A stretch of DNA of 63,004 bases, the filler included, from Reclinomonas americana ATCC 50394 (taxonomy: Eukaryota): assembly GCA_048213135.1 (NCBI GenBank). It is 7 parts of 4 records of this genome, joined end to end, with 100 filler letters (N's around TTAATTAATTAA, not from the genome) between each part and the next. Parts side by side here need not be neighbours in the genome. Positions count along the whole stretch, not along the records: positions 35,665 to 46,554 come from PS015830.1; positions 46,655 to 58,809 come from PS015830.1; 5 more parts are not named here. One strand, written 5' to 3'. Position numbers and translations under genes: made by a program. Positions 40,040-52,945 of this stretch are shown here, piece by piece. The stretch's first letter is position 1; each line of letters opens with the position of its first letter. The notes below the pieces were generated by a model. It was not told the DNA's origin. It did no database searches and saw only the letters and a program-made list of their open reading frames with translations.

Positions 40040-40183
40040 GTTACACACAAGGAAGAACGGCTCACGCACACTTACACAGGAGACAAGGAAAGAGTGCGCT
40101 CACGAGTGTCTGTAAAAGAAATTTTGGCGCGAACTCCGCGTCAACTCCGTCGTCTTCTTTTTTAGTCACGCGTGTGTCTCAGC

Positions 40184-41937
40184 ATGCGGCCACTTGCACT
40201 GGCTCTCTACATTCACTGGCCGTGGTGTCATCGCATATGCCCGTACTGTGACTTTGTCAAGTTCTATACGCACAATCGCCTCCTTGTGCAAATGCAGAGA
40301 TTCTGATATTCGCTCTTTCCAGGTATCGATGGCGATCCGAGGTGCACGGATCGGTTGACTATGTGCAGCGCATGACAAGGTAAGGCGAGCGATCGATGTG
40401 TGAGCGATTTTCTCAGAGCATTGATCGCGTATCAGATCGATCATGCGAGCGATCGATGCGATGCGACCTGCGGCAGACAACTCGGCGTTGCTCTGGTCGA
40501 TCCATTTCGGTGGAGGAACGCCCTCGTTGGCACCAGTGCGTTGCATCACCACTGCTGTTGCCCTTTCCGATCGGTTTGTTGATTGGCGCAGGCGTGGGCG
40601 GTGCGAGCGATTGTCGAGCACGCCAAGGCGGTGCTCGGTGCGCCGGTCAGTGGCGAGGTGGGACTGGAGGCGAACCCGACCGAGTCGCTGCTGTCGGTGG
40701 AGTACATGGATGCGTTGCGAGAGGCGGGCGTGACGCGCTTGTCGTTGGGCGTGCAGTCGTTTGTCGATGAGCGGCTGCGCGTGCTGGGGCGCGATCACGG
40801 CGGCGAGGTTTGCTCTCGGGGAACCCGCCGTTGTGTGTATGGCGCTCATGTGGCTGTGGCAGGAGGCGCTGCGGACGGTGCGTGCGGCAATGGAGCGCTT
40901 TCCGCATGTGTCGCTCGACTTGATGTATGGGTTGCCGTCGCAGTCCACTGCGCAGTGGGAGAGCGAATTGGAGGTCAATCCCCACCCGACTCTATCAGTG
41001 TGCGCATTCACTCACAGTGGCTGTGGTGGTGAGACAGGAGGCGCTGCAGATGTGCAACGTTCGACACGTGTCGCTGTACCAGCTCACGCTGGAGAAGAGA
41101 ACGGCGTTGCGTGTTGATGAGTGTCAGCTGTTTTTTGCATGCCACTCATGTGCTCGTGCAGGTTTGCTCGCCTGCACGGCGCCGGCAAGCTGCAGGTGCC
41201 CGACGAAGACGAGTGTGCTGAGCAGTTTGACGCGGCAGTGGCAGTGGCGCGACGACACGGATTGCACCAGTATGAGGTAGTGTGCGCGAGTGAGCAATGT
41301 TGCCTCGCCGACTTGCTCACACCACGTGCATGCAGATCAGCAACTTTGCGGCCTCGGAGTTGGACGAGTCGCGGCATAATTCACACTACTGGCACGGTGG
41401 CAGCTACATTGGCGTGGGGCCTGGGTTGCGTGAGAGCTCACCATGCATCGACTTTGACTTGCGCAAGACAACTCACCACTGTTGTGATGCCTGCGTAGCG
41501 CCCACTCGCGCTTCCCATCGGCCGACGGGCAGCACCACTGGGCCACGGTGCAGATACTAGTTGCGTGCAGTGCAGTGCACGCTGCTGACGTCCCATCGTG
41601 CCTCATGACTTGTCGGCAGGATCCCGAGACATGGATGCAACAAGTGGAGGCCGGCAACGACGGGTGCGTCCGACGCGATCCACTCACACATCGACAGCGC
41701 GCCGAAGAGTACGTTCTCACTGCGGTGCGAACGCGACGCGGAGTGCACTGGAGCACGGTGCAGGAGCTGCTGCCGGCCACCACGAGCGATCTGGTGAACA
41801 TGGACATGCTGCACCATCTGGCTCACGAAGCCGGCCTCGTGCTGCTCCACGCACATGGTTTCACGCTCACGCCAGCTGGCCTCCGCGTGGCCGATACGAT
41901 TGCCACGCAGCTGCTGTTGCCACCAAGTGCAACGTGA
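40184..41937 (+). CDS. RSAD1: Radical SAM heme chaperone HemW/RSAD1
   Basis: LYIHWPWCHRICPYCDF (CxxxCxxC), SIHFGGGTPS, LEANP, RLSLGVQSF, SLDLMYGLP, YEISNFA, SRHNSHYW, GVGPGAHSR. Confidence 0.94.
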
Positions 41938-42323
41938 AATATCCATGACGAAGCTGCTGATATCGACGATCGCGAAGGGTCTTGAGGTCGGTCCGGACCC
42001 ACTATGTGACAGGGCGATCTGAGTCGCACAATCCAGCAACGCGACAATATGAGTGGGCACTTGAGCGCTCACGGAAACGGCGCGCGCACTGCATCAGTTG
42101 CGCAATAAAATCGAAACCGACGACGTTCAAAGGATTCCTCCTTCTCGCACCCGCTCCTGTGGCTGCATATGCGCTCCCACTTATATATGTGCGGCACCGC
42201 ATATATAACGAAAGGAAAATGCGACGTTGTGGGTGTCATGCAAGGGGTCAACCCCGTGCGCGTCCTCTCAACTCCGTCCGTTTGCTGTTGTCTTTGTTTG
42301 TGTGTGTGGTCGAGAGCGCGCGA

Positions 42324-43640
42324 ATGGGCGAGGAGAAGAAGCAAGACAAGCCGAGCAGTTACGCGCATGCAAAGAGAAGAAATGAGAAAGTTGCACGTGT
42401 GTCTCACTCACTCTCTTACACAGCTGGTGCACCGGCTGCATGGAAGAACTTTGTCGCTGGTGGTGTTGGCGGTGAGCACTCACACATACTCTCACTCTCT
42501 CTCACTCACACATGCGCGTTGCAACTCACAACTTTGCTGCTCAGGCACGTTTTTGGTGTTTGTCGGGCACCCACTGGACACAGGTTTGCATTTCCACTCA
42601 CACTCACACTCATCACTTGCATGTGTCTCACTCGTGTGCGCGTACAGTCAAGGTCCGCCTGCAGACAATGACCGCCACTGCTGGTGCGCCGCAGTTCACG
42701 GGCGCACTCGACTGCTTCCAGCAGACACTGAGGAAGGAGGGCGTTGCGTGCCACTCGCGCCTTTCTACTCTTGCCTCTTACCTCTCTCACTGTCGACAAA
42801 CGCATAGTTCCGCGGGTTGTACAAGGGCGTCGGGTCGCCACTCATGGGCATCTCGTTCCTCTACTCGATCTGCTTCTACTCGTACGGTTTCGGCAAGAGC
42901 CTCTTTGCCGACAAGAACGACCCCGGCAAACCGCTCTCCATTCCCGCCATTATGGGCGCCGGTTGCATCGCCGGCTTTGCCACCACAGTCACGTCCCCCG
43001 TGCCCCCTTCCCCGCTCATGCCTCCAGAAGTTGCATGCTGACTGGTGAACGAGCAGATTGTGACGGTGCCGATTGAGCTGGTCAAGGCACGTCTGCAGAT
43101 CCAGTACGCCACCGGCTCGGCCGAGTACAAGGGCGTCGTGGACTGCGCTGTCAAGGTGTATCAGCGCAATGGAATTGCCGGTCTCTATCGTGGTGTGATG
43201 GTGACGCTGCTGCGCGACGTGCCCGGCACGGCTGCGTACTTTGCCGGCTACGAAGTGGTGCGACGAGCGCTGGTCAAGGACGGTCAGAGCCTCGATTCTG
43301 TCAGCAAGTGGGGACTGCTCTTTGCCGGTGGCATGGCCGGTGCGTTTCTTGTTGTGCGGGAGAACGCCTAAGTTGCGCGCCTGACGTCATGTTGTGCACA
43401 GGCTGGGCCAACTGGCTGGCGATCTTCCCGATCGACGTCGTCAAGTCGCGCCTGCAGACGCAGCCAGACACACAACCACCGCGCTACACGGGCACTCTGG
43501 ACTGCTTCCGCAAGATCTACCGCGCCGAGGGCATGCGCGGCCTCTTTGCCGGCCTCACCCCGACCATGGTGCGCAGCTTCCCGGCCAACGCCGCCTGCTT
43601 CTTCGGTTACGAGCTGGCCATGGATCTGTTGGGTCGCTAA
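42324..43640 (+). CDS. SLC25A20: Mitochondrial carnitine/acylcarnitine carrier
   Basis: KNFVAGGVGG..LVFVGHPLDTVKVRLQT, PIELVKARLQ, RDVPGTAAYFAGYE, PIDVVKSRLQT, RSFPANAACFFGYE. Confidence 0.88.
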
Positions 43641-43750
43641 GTCACTGGAGAGGGAGTCTGAGAAAGAAACGCAAACGCCACCAGACTCTCGCCAGTGAAA
43701 ACGTCGCAGGACGATTTGATCAATCACACGTTTTTTGTGCTATAAGAGAC

Positions 43751-44327
43751 ATGGGCTCCGCCGGATCAAACGAAGTCACCTCCAGCCCCGACGAGAACGT
43801 CAGTTGCGTTATACGCACGCTTTTCCCGGTGCTTTTTCCACCTCGCGTGTCGCTTGTGTGCGTTCTCGCGCAGTCATGAGAAATTTCTCGCACTCACCTC
43901 TCGCACCGTCGTTCTCACTGCGTCTCTGTCATTCACTGTGACACTCTTCGCTGTGTTAGTCAGTCACTCTTGCCATGACACTGTCCTTCTCGCTCACTCT
44001 CTGTGTGCACAGCCAGCAGCTCCGACGTGACACAGACGCTGACACAGAACGGCCTGCAGACCACCGGCAGTGCCAGTGTGTGCGTAACACCTCCCCTCTC
44101 TCACTCTCTGTGTGTTTGAGAAGGGAGACTGATGCTTTGTTGTTGTTAGCGATGTCAATGGACACTCCAAGTCAGTCGACATTAATGGTGATGACTATAG
44201 AGAGAGACTCTGCTCATATGTCGTGCTTGGCCTGTGCCCTCACATGCATCGTCATCGTCATGCAGATCTGGAGCCCATGAGCGAGTTCAACCCGCTCTCC
44301 TTTGGCAGCAACAGCGGCAGCATGTAA
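43751..44327 (+). CDS. Possible small multi-exon protein (MGSAGS N-terminus)
   Basis: ATG-initiated exon followed by a GTTGCGT donor; short spliceable exons ending EFNPLSFGSNSGSM-TAA. No homology recognised. Confidence 0.35.
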
Positions 44328-44462
44328 AAACGCACACTCACTCGCTCACACACACAATGAACATGATGATGATCGTGATAGCGACAACCATTTCACTAGT
44401 CATGCGCTATGAAGGGGGAAGGGACACGCGTAGTCACTTTTTGCAAAAAAGCGCGGTCGATC

Positions 44463-44723
44463 TTACATGTGGTGCAGGGCAGCAGTCTCGGCAGCCTGGC
44501 CGTCCTTGAAGCCGGCAGCGTACTCCGGGTTGGGCATCGGGAACATCCAGCAGCCAGTGCGCGGCTGAATGCCAGCCTGCATCACAAGAGAGAAAAAGTG
44601 TAAGACACAAAGAAAGTTGTCTTTTTTTTTGCAAGTTCTTTCTTTTGTGCGTACCTCCCAGCCAGCAGCGTACTGCGCAGTGGCGCCAGATGGCACGGGG
44701 ACGTCGACGAATTGGTGCTCCAT
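44463..44723 (-). CDS. Small (~60 aa) two-exon hypothetical protein
   Basis: MEHQFVDVPVPSGATAQYAAGWE | GTACGC...CAG | AGIQPRTGCWMFPMPNPEYAAGFKDGQAAETAALHHM-TAA; internal YAAG(W/F) repeat. Confidence 0.55.
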   Translation of the reverse strand: MEHQFVDVPVPSGATAQYAAGWEVRTKERTCKKKDNFLCVLHFFSLVMQAGIQPRTGCWMFPMPNPEYAAGFKDGQAAETAALHHM

Positions 44724-45125
44724 GGTAGTAAGAAGGGATCTGTGTGACCCAAAAGTAAGACACACATTCTTTTTTGTTCTTTCGTCTGTGCGTGCGTTTG
44801 ACACACAATCAACGCAAAGACAGAGCGACATGCAGTGCATTGCAAGTGAACGAGGGGGCGGGCGAGACAAGATTATGCGTAATGTCACACATGACGCGCG
44901 GGAAAACCACACGCAAAAAACAAAAAACAGCATCACGATGCACGTGTCACGAGGGAGGCGGCAACAAGGCTAGCACAGAGGAGACAAGAGCGAGCGAGAC
45001 ACTGATGACGCAACAACGGCGTAGCTTGGTGCGAAAACGCGGATAACTACGTAGGTCGGGTGGACGGTGGACAGTGAAAAAAACACGCGCGCACACTTTC
45101 ACGACGCACACGCACTCACCAAAAG

Positions 45126-47938
45126 ATGGCCACTGCGGCAGCAGCAGCGGCCGTCGCGCGCTCGACTGGTCTGAGCTCGTCGACTCTGTTCCATCAGCAG
45201 CAGCGGACCATGTTTCATCACAAAGTTTAGTGTTTGTGTATTGGCACTTTTCTCGTTTGCGACTTTTATGGGGAAACACACACACGCGACAGACACGCAC
45301 ACAGAGTCATGCTCTTCTCTGTTGCGCGTGTGTGCGTGCTCATTCGCTTTGTTTGTGCGCAGTCCATGCCAGAGGCGCTCATGTACTCGTACGATGAGGA
45401 CGATGACGATGACGATGCAGTGCTCTCACCCACAGTGCGTTCTTCTTCTTCTTGTGTGAGAGCTGAGAGGGTGTCGACTTTTTATTGTGTGTTATTCGTG
45501 TGGAGGTGTCTCACGAATCTCCCCGCGGGCCCCCATGCAACGTCTTCTTTCACACTCCGCTCTCTCTCGCGTCGCCAGTCATGCATTAATGCTGTGTGTT
45601 TTTATGTTTTTCTCTGTTGCATGACTGTTTCTGTGTGTGCGTTGCACTTCCGTGGCGGTGTTGTCGCTCTGTGCTGCGTGTGAGAAGGGGCGAAAGTAGG
45701 GGAGCTCGACGAACAACGCGCGACATGGCGCGCCATCTCGCGTGTTTTGTTCCTCTCTCTCTCCCTGCCTCTGTGCTCCCTTCTCTCTCTCTCTCTTCCA
45801 TTCTTTGCTTTGCTCCTTGTCTTGCGCTGCTCTCTCCTCCCTGTGCACCCGCAGATCCTTTGTGGAACAGTCTGTCCGCAGCTCTGTGTGTGCTCACTAT
45901 TTTGTTTGTTTTTTTGCAGGGATGCCTGTCGCCGACTCTCCATCTGTACGCCGCGTCCGGTGCGTTGCTCATAACCGCAGAGAGTGACACGCCATCACAC
46001 AGGCAGAGAGAGAAGAGATGCACAGATCCCGCTGCCTACCTGCGCAAGATAGACATGGCCACCGTGTTCAAGTTCACGAGGGGGAAAAGAGAGAGAGAAT
46101 CATATTCTGTTCTTTTGCGTGTCCCTGCGCGCTGCGGTATGTGCGCGGCAGCCCCCCGTCTCTCCCTGTCCAAGGCGTTTGTGCATGACCCCCGACATAC
46201 ACCCGGAGTCGTTTACCGAATGCGGCGATGATCGGACTCGCTAATTTTGGGATTTTGTTTCCGTTCACAGACGTCGACGTGTATGATCCACTCGGCCTGC
46301 CTGCCGATCCGGTGATGCCGACCACCGCCATGTGGGATGATGTCGCCTCGTCTACAATTTCCTCGTTGCGTCACGACGTATTTTTTTAATTGAAGCCTGT
46401 ATTCCTCCTTACCGATCGCTTTAGGCGTCACACGACGAGCAACACTCTGTCGTCGGCCAGTGATGCATGCTTCTCCGACTTGCTCGTTGGCGCCGATGGC
46501 GACGACGACAGCTCGGGAGTCGATCTGGGTTGGGATTCTCTTCCACCGCCACCANNNNNNNNNNNNNNNNNNNNNNNNNNNNNNNNNNNNNNNNNNNNTT
46601 AATTAATTAANNNNNNNNNNNNNNNNNNNNNNNNNNNNNNNNNNNNNNNNNNNNGGTCGCCAACGCTCTGGCTGCTGCCGGTCAGGCGCCGCATGTGCAC
46701 ATGTTGCTGCACCCGTGTGTGCCGCTGCCGCCGGCACCCGTGTCGTCGTCGTCGTCGTCGTCGCCGCCAGGTCGCCGTTCGTCCAAGGTGCAGCGGAAGC
46801 GCCGCGCCGGCGACTCGTCGCCCATGGTGCTGACGTTTGTGAACGAGTCGTCTCGTTTCACGGAGAATGCTGTTGACGTGGACGAGTCGCGAAGCAGCCG
46901 CCCGCGCAGCCGCGCCGCGAACCGCTCGAGCCCCACCGACATGCACGTCAATTCGGCACCGGTGACGCCCGACCAGCTGAGCTTTGACAGCGCCAGCATG
47001 TCGCCGACCAGCGACGACATTGTGTACGACAATGACTGGCATCAGTTGGCGCCCCCACTAAAGCGCCACTCGCCCGTCTCCATGGATGCGGCGAGCAATT
47101 GGAGTCGTTGCGTTTTTTCCCCCAATGTTCAGTTCTTTGTGCGATCCACCTCCTCACTCTTNNNNNNNNNNNNNNNNNNNNNNNNNNNNNNNNNNNNNNN
47201 NNNNNNNNNNNNNNNNNNNNNNNNNNNNNNNNNNNNNNNNNNNNNNNNNNNNNNNNNNNNNNNNNNNNNNNNNNNNNNNNNNNNNNNNNNNNNNNNNNNN
47301 NNNNNNNNNNNNNNNNNNNNNNNNNNNNNNNNNNNNNNNNNNNNNNNNNNNNNNNNNNNNNNNNNNNNNNNNNNNNNNNNNNNNNNNNNNNNNNNNNNNN
47401 NNNNNNNNNNNNNNNNNNNNNNNNNNNNNNNNNNNNNNNNNNNNNNNNNNNNNNNNNNNNNNNNNNNNNNNNNNNNNNNNNNNNNNNNNNNNNNNNNNNN
47501 NNNNNNNNNNNNNNNNNNNNNNNNNNNNNNNNNNNNNNNNNNNNNNNNNNNNNNNNNNNNNNNNNNNNNNNNNNNNNNNNNNNNNNNNNNNNNNNNNNNN
47601 NNNNNNNNNNNNNNNNNNNNNNNNNNNNNNNNNNNNNNNNNNNNNNNNNNNNNNNNNNNNNNNNNNNNNNNNNNNNNNNNNNNNNNNNNNNNNNNNNNNN
47701 NNNNNNNNNNNNNNNNNNNNNNNNNNNNNNNNNNNNNNNNNNNNNNNNNNNNNNNNNNNNNNNNNNNNNNNNNNNNNNNNNNNNNNNNNNNNNNNNNNNN
47801 NNCCGTTGTCTGTAATCTCATATTCTCTCTCGCGTCAAACAGTGGATCCAATTCAAGAAGCTCGCGCACGTCGATCAACGTACGCGCTTCCACGCACGTG
47901 AGGGTGGCCCCACCGACTGGGACGACGTGCTCATCTAA
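45126..47938 (+). CDS. Ser/Asp-rich hypothetical protein spanning two gaps
   Basis: Series of GT-AG-flanked coding-like exons; exact structure and continuity across the gaps are uncertain. Confidence 0.4.
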
Positions 47939-48263
47939 TCTCCACCCTGTACTTGTGTCACTTGCATTCTCTTGTTTTGTCTCCTGCTAATCCTCTCTGT
48001 TTCGCTTCCGGGTTCTATCTTCTTCCTCCAAGGAATGGCCATTCACACGCACACGTGTGCGAACCGTGTGCGACTCTTTGTGCCTTTCTTTCTTCCCCCC
48101 CACGCTCCTCATCACAACCCTGCTCTGTCGCCGCCGCAGCTGCCGCTGCCGTTGTCGTCTCTGCTCATCTATAATTACAATGCAATGAAAAAAAGGAAGG
48201 AAAAAACACAAACATCGCCAGCAAGAGATTTTAACAACTACAACAGCTGCACAAGCAACCGTG

Positions 48264-51200
48264 CTACCTCGGCTTCATCATGGCCTTTCGCACAGCGGCC
48301 AGTGCCGGTTGGAAGGTGCACCCCGCCATGGCCTGCGAGGACGACATGAGAAGTGGGGAAAAAACAAAGGAAAGGATCACAATCGAACGACTCAACTTCG
48401 ACCTCCAGCTGCTTGCGCGTCTCCTCCTTCTTGCTCATCGCCTCGCGGATGGTGTCAAACAAGCGCGACGCCACCTTGGCATCTGCAGCCTGTCGGGCCG
48501 CCACCAACTCCTCCGACTGCTTCTTCTGTTCATGCTGCTCCGCCTCCCGTCGCTTCTCTTCCTCGGCTTGCTCCTTTTGTTTCTTCCACTGTATAGAGAA
48601 CAGTAGATGAGTGGACGGCGCATGACACGAGCTGTAGCAGACGCGGCTGCCTCACCGATCCGTACAACCGCGACGCCACGCCATCGGCGGCCTTGGCGCG
48701 CGACTTTTCGGTCACGCGCGACTTCAAGCGGATGAGTGGATTGTCGGTGGAAGCACCGTTGCCTTCGGTGGTGACAACAAAGCGTTGCAGTTGCTTGGTG
48801 GCTGCACGAACCGTCAGCGCAGAGAAAGAAAAGCGTGCCCCCACCAACGGAGATGACGCACAAAGATAATCGATGAGGTCGTCGTCGCCGAGGTGCTCCC
48901 GAATCGTGTCGTACGCCTTCTTGATGCGATCCCACTCGGCGGCCGCCTGCTCGCGGCGGTCACGCTCCTCCCACTCGCGTTTGCGACGCATAGCTGCATC
49001 TGCAGCACCCTCGCCTGCACTGGCGGGTGCAGCAGTCGCCGCCTTTGCAGTCGATGCCTTGGATGTGAGATCAGCAGGTCGCAGCGAGCAGTCGTCCAGC
49101 GTGCGCAGCAGAGCCTCCAGATCGTCCATTAATCTGGCCTCGGTCTTGCGAACTTGCTGCTTACGAGCCTGCACCACTGACAGTCAGACATCGTCTGTCA
49201 ACCCCACATGGAGAGGAGCAGAGTGACGTAACTGCGTCAAACAAGCTGGAACATGCGGCGAGGCCACGCCCAATGCCCGTCTTGGGCTTGTCGGCTTCCT
49301 CAGCCGCAGCCAGTGCGGCGGCCTTCTTCTGCCTCAACTCCTCCTTTTCCTTCTCCAAGCGCTCCTGCTCTGCACGCTTTGCTTGTTGCTTGCGGTAGGT
49401 GTGCTGGAAGAGACGATCGACGATTGTCTCTTCGGAGGAACGCGAGATCTGCTGTGCCATTTTGCTGATGGTTGGAATGCCTGTGCGACAGTGAGTAACA
49501 AGAAGACATGGAGCAGAAAAGTGGGGGTGCTTATTCCACACCTTTGGGTCGACCGCCCCCTCGCACACTTTCGCGGTCTGCGCGCATTCATACCAGAGTG
49601 TGAGAGCGACATCTCGGAAGAAGAAGAAATTCAGCAGCGAGCTGCCAAACCTTGCAGCTTGCACGATCGACTGGGACTGCTCTCCGAGCCCTCACCGGCA
49701 CGATTGATGGCCGTCACGCGCGCACACACAGACTGCACCGTTTCGGGGTCGAGATGACTGATACTCAACACAGGCTGGTGCGCAAGAGTGCACTCGTCAC
49801 GAATCACGACGCCAGTCGACGCGTTCTCCAGCATCACCCGATACGAGAACACATCGGCACCACCCGTGAGGCGCGGAGGTTCCCAACTGCAGGAGCGACA
49901 CAGCGGTCGTGAGCAATGCTGCTGCTGCAGTGCATCACGAGCAACGGTGGCAGCGTGGACGCAACGACACGTTGCATGATGTGCGCGACCGCGAATACAC
50001 ACTAACATTGGTCGGTGCCCCGGGTACAGCGTACGTCTTCTTTGACACGGAGCGAGTGGCGGAGAACATTTGCACCGAGCCCGTGCCACTCCTGGCGGTG
50101 GTCGTGGTTTGTGTAGCACCTGCACACAGCTCGTTAGCACACGCACACACACACACACCGTAGTAGCGGAAGCAATCACGAGCTTGCACACGCACCAGAA
50201 GGTTCGACCCCGGCAGCTGATTGTGATGCACCAATGCGTGGAACAGTCACCATGCGCGGGCCACTGCCACCCGAAGCCGCCGCTGTCGCCGCTCCCGAGT
50301 CTCGTCTCTGCAGATCGTTGTCGATCATGTCCGGTGACACCTGCACGCCCTGTGAGGTCCACCGACCGCCGGGTGGTGGCACTGGCGGCGGATGCATGAG
50401 CTCCAGCGACACGGAGGAAGATGGACGTGGTGCTGGTGCGGGTGCTGGTGGTGATGATCGACCTCCCTTGCCCACTGCCCGTCCACGTGGTGGCGGTCGT
50501 GGTGGCTGCGCAGCAGGAAGCGCAATCTCCTCCTCATCCACCTCCTCTACCTCCTCCACTCGCTCACCACCCGCACTGTCCGTCATAAAGTCATCGGCGC
50601 CAGCCGCAGCGGGAGCCGCCTGTGACGCAGCAAATGTGAGCGTGCACACAAAACAGGAAACAAATAAGTGTGAGGTACCTTGGAGACCATGCGCTGCGAG
50701 CGAGAGGAGCCAAGTTGAATGGATGTCGGTGTCTCAACGTTGGTCCTGCATTCCAACAGTGAGCGCACGCTGGCCTACACTTTCTCGTGGCATTGCAGGT
50801 CGCACGCAACATCCAGTTCTGGACCTTGGCACGCTCCTCGCCGACAGCCTGCAGACTGCCGAGCGTCGGTGGCGCCACGCGCTGTTGCACAGGTGGTGGT
50901 GGTGCTGCCTGGCGAGCGCTGGCTCGTGAATTCGCCGATGGTACGGCGGCGCGCGCCACGCTGTGATCCTTGCCGTTGCGCATCGGTGGTCGCCCGTCGT
51001 CGAGGGAGAAGCACATTTCCAACATTACACGAGCCGTCACCGCGCCCTGTGGAGGTCAGCAATGAGTTTTTGATACGTCAAGAGACAGACTGTGGAGCGT
51101 GCGCAACTCCACTCTCGCTGCCGGGGGTGAGCTCGAATGTTCCACTGCGGAACACGCCAGCTCCCGGCTCGATCAGCTCGGCGATATCCTGTGACGCGAG

Positions 51201-52416
51201 GACGATGAGGAAAGAGAGAAGGATGAGATGGCAGAAACAGTCTGCACACCTCGGGTGTCGACACGGGTGCCATGGAGACACTGCACGAGCCGTTGAGTAC
51301 GGAGCCTGCGCCCTGCTCGTGTGAAGCCACATGTGAGATGGGGACAAGGAGAGGTGCATCGCAAAGAGGAGGAGACGAAACATCGACACGGCGCGTCACC
51401 ATGCCAATGACCACCGGAGCACCGATGAGCTTGCGGATCGCGTCGCCTGTTTGATATGCACGCGTGAGTTTCAGAGAGAGGCGCAGTGTGGAAGCACACA
51501 CTCGCCCGCACGCAACTCTTGCGCAAGACGGCACGGGCGTTCTTCACTGGCGAGTCCTCGACAACCCACACGTCGTCGTCTGTCGTAGATGAAGCCACGA
51601 GGCGGGTGAGATATCGATCGGTCAGAAGAGGGAGAGGGAAGGGACAGAGAAGGAAAAGAGAAGGAGAAGACAAGATGGGAAAGATGTCGATCGGCAGGAA
51701 GGAAACCGGTCAAGAACGAAGGGCGCAGAGAGAGGGATGGGAAGGGGAGAAGAGGAGAGGGAAGAGATTTGAAGGGATCGAGAGAGGCAGAAGAAGAAGG
51801 AAGAGTCACGAAAGGAGAGAGAGCAGAGCAGAGCAAGCACGACGAGTGACGAACGGAGAAGGAAGGAGAGATATTGATGTGCCATCAAAGAAACCGATCA
51901 AGAACGAAGGGCACAGGGAGGGGAACAGGGAGAGCAGAGCAGAACACAGCAGATGACAGCCGCGAGAGAGTGAGAGGAGGAGTACGACAGATCGATCATC
52001 CACAACTGCATCAGCTCATCATCGTCACCAAGCTGCGATTCAGCTTGTCTCGCGTGCCCACACACCCACACACACCCACACCCACCTCGACTCGACGACT
52101 TGACCAGCGGAAACGACACACTCGGAAACTCCCACCACGTGACCGCCAACTGCACCGCCGCCCCACCCGCATCCTCCGACAGCGGTTTCATGCGCGCCAG
52201 CGTCGCCGCCTGCGCAACCAACAAGTGCACAGAGCGCACACGGATGCGCAAGGCGTAGGTGAACTCGCGCGAGTCTCCATTTGCAGAGTGACTTTGATGG
52301 AGAGGGCGGAGAGGTGGCGCAAGCAGGTTCACTGTGCGTGGAGACACGGAGGAGGTGCCGATCGCGCTGCCTTTCTCTTCGTGGAAGCCGTCGTCATCGT
52401 CGTCGTCGTCGTACAT
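48264..52416 (-). CDS. Large protein with fibronectin type III domain(s) and C-terminal coiled coil
   Basis: VPGAPTNVSV..RSRTSCNVSWEPPRLTGGADVFSYRV...VTAINRAGEGSES (FN3); charged coiled-coil exons; ends GCTFQP...KPR-TAG. Confidence 0.65.
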
Positions 52417-52945
52417 TCTTGAAAAAGACGCAATCACCCTTCTCTCTCACTGCGAGTCGCAAGAAGGCAAACGGCCGTGTCCTGCGCATGAAAACCGGGA
52501 TCTAATCGAGTGTTAATCGTGCGGCCACAGACACAGCACGCAGGTACAAGAATGCAAGCATGTGTACATGGATGCACCTCTGCGTCTGCACAATGAGGCG
52601 CGTTGACTGCGATGCAGGATATCGATGACAACTTCGCGGACATGTCCAAAAAACAAAGCACTTCATTCACCACAACAATGACCTTGGCACACCAACAATA
52701 TACAACACATAATTACTTCTCCAACAGCCATCTTCCCTTTCAGGAGGCAAAGCCAATCAAACGCGTGTTGGCCTCGAAAGGATTTCGTGTCGCAAATGGT
52801 GTCACTTCATTCACCACATTGTGCATGACGCTCAACCCGGCTCGTGATATCACAGTCTACGTTGACCTGCGCATTCAGTTCGCTTCCCACCGTTTCATCA
52901 TGTGCACCACGCGGAGACAGCTGCAACGGCGAAGGACACATCCAA

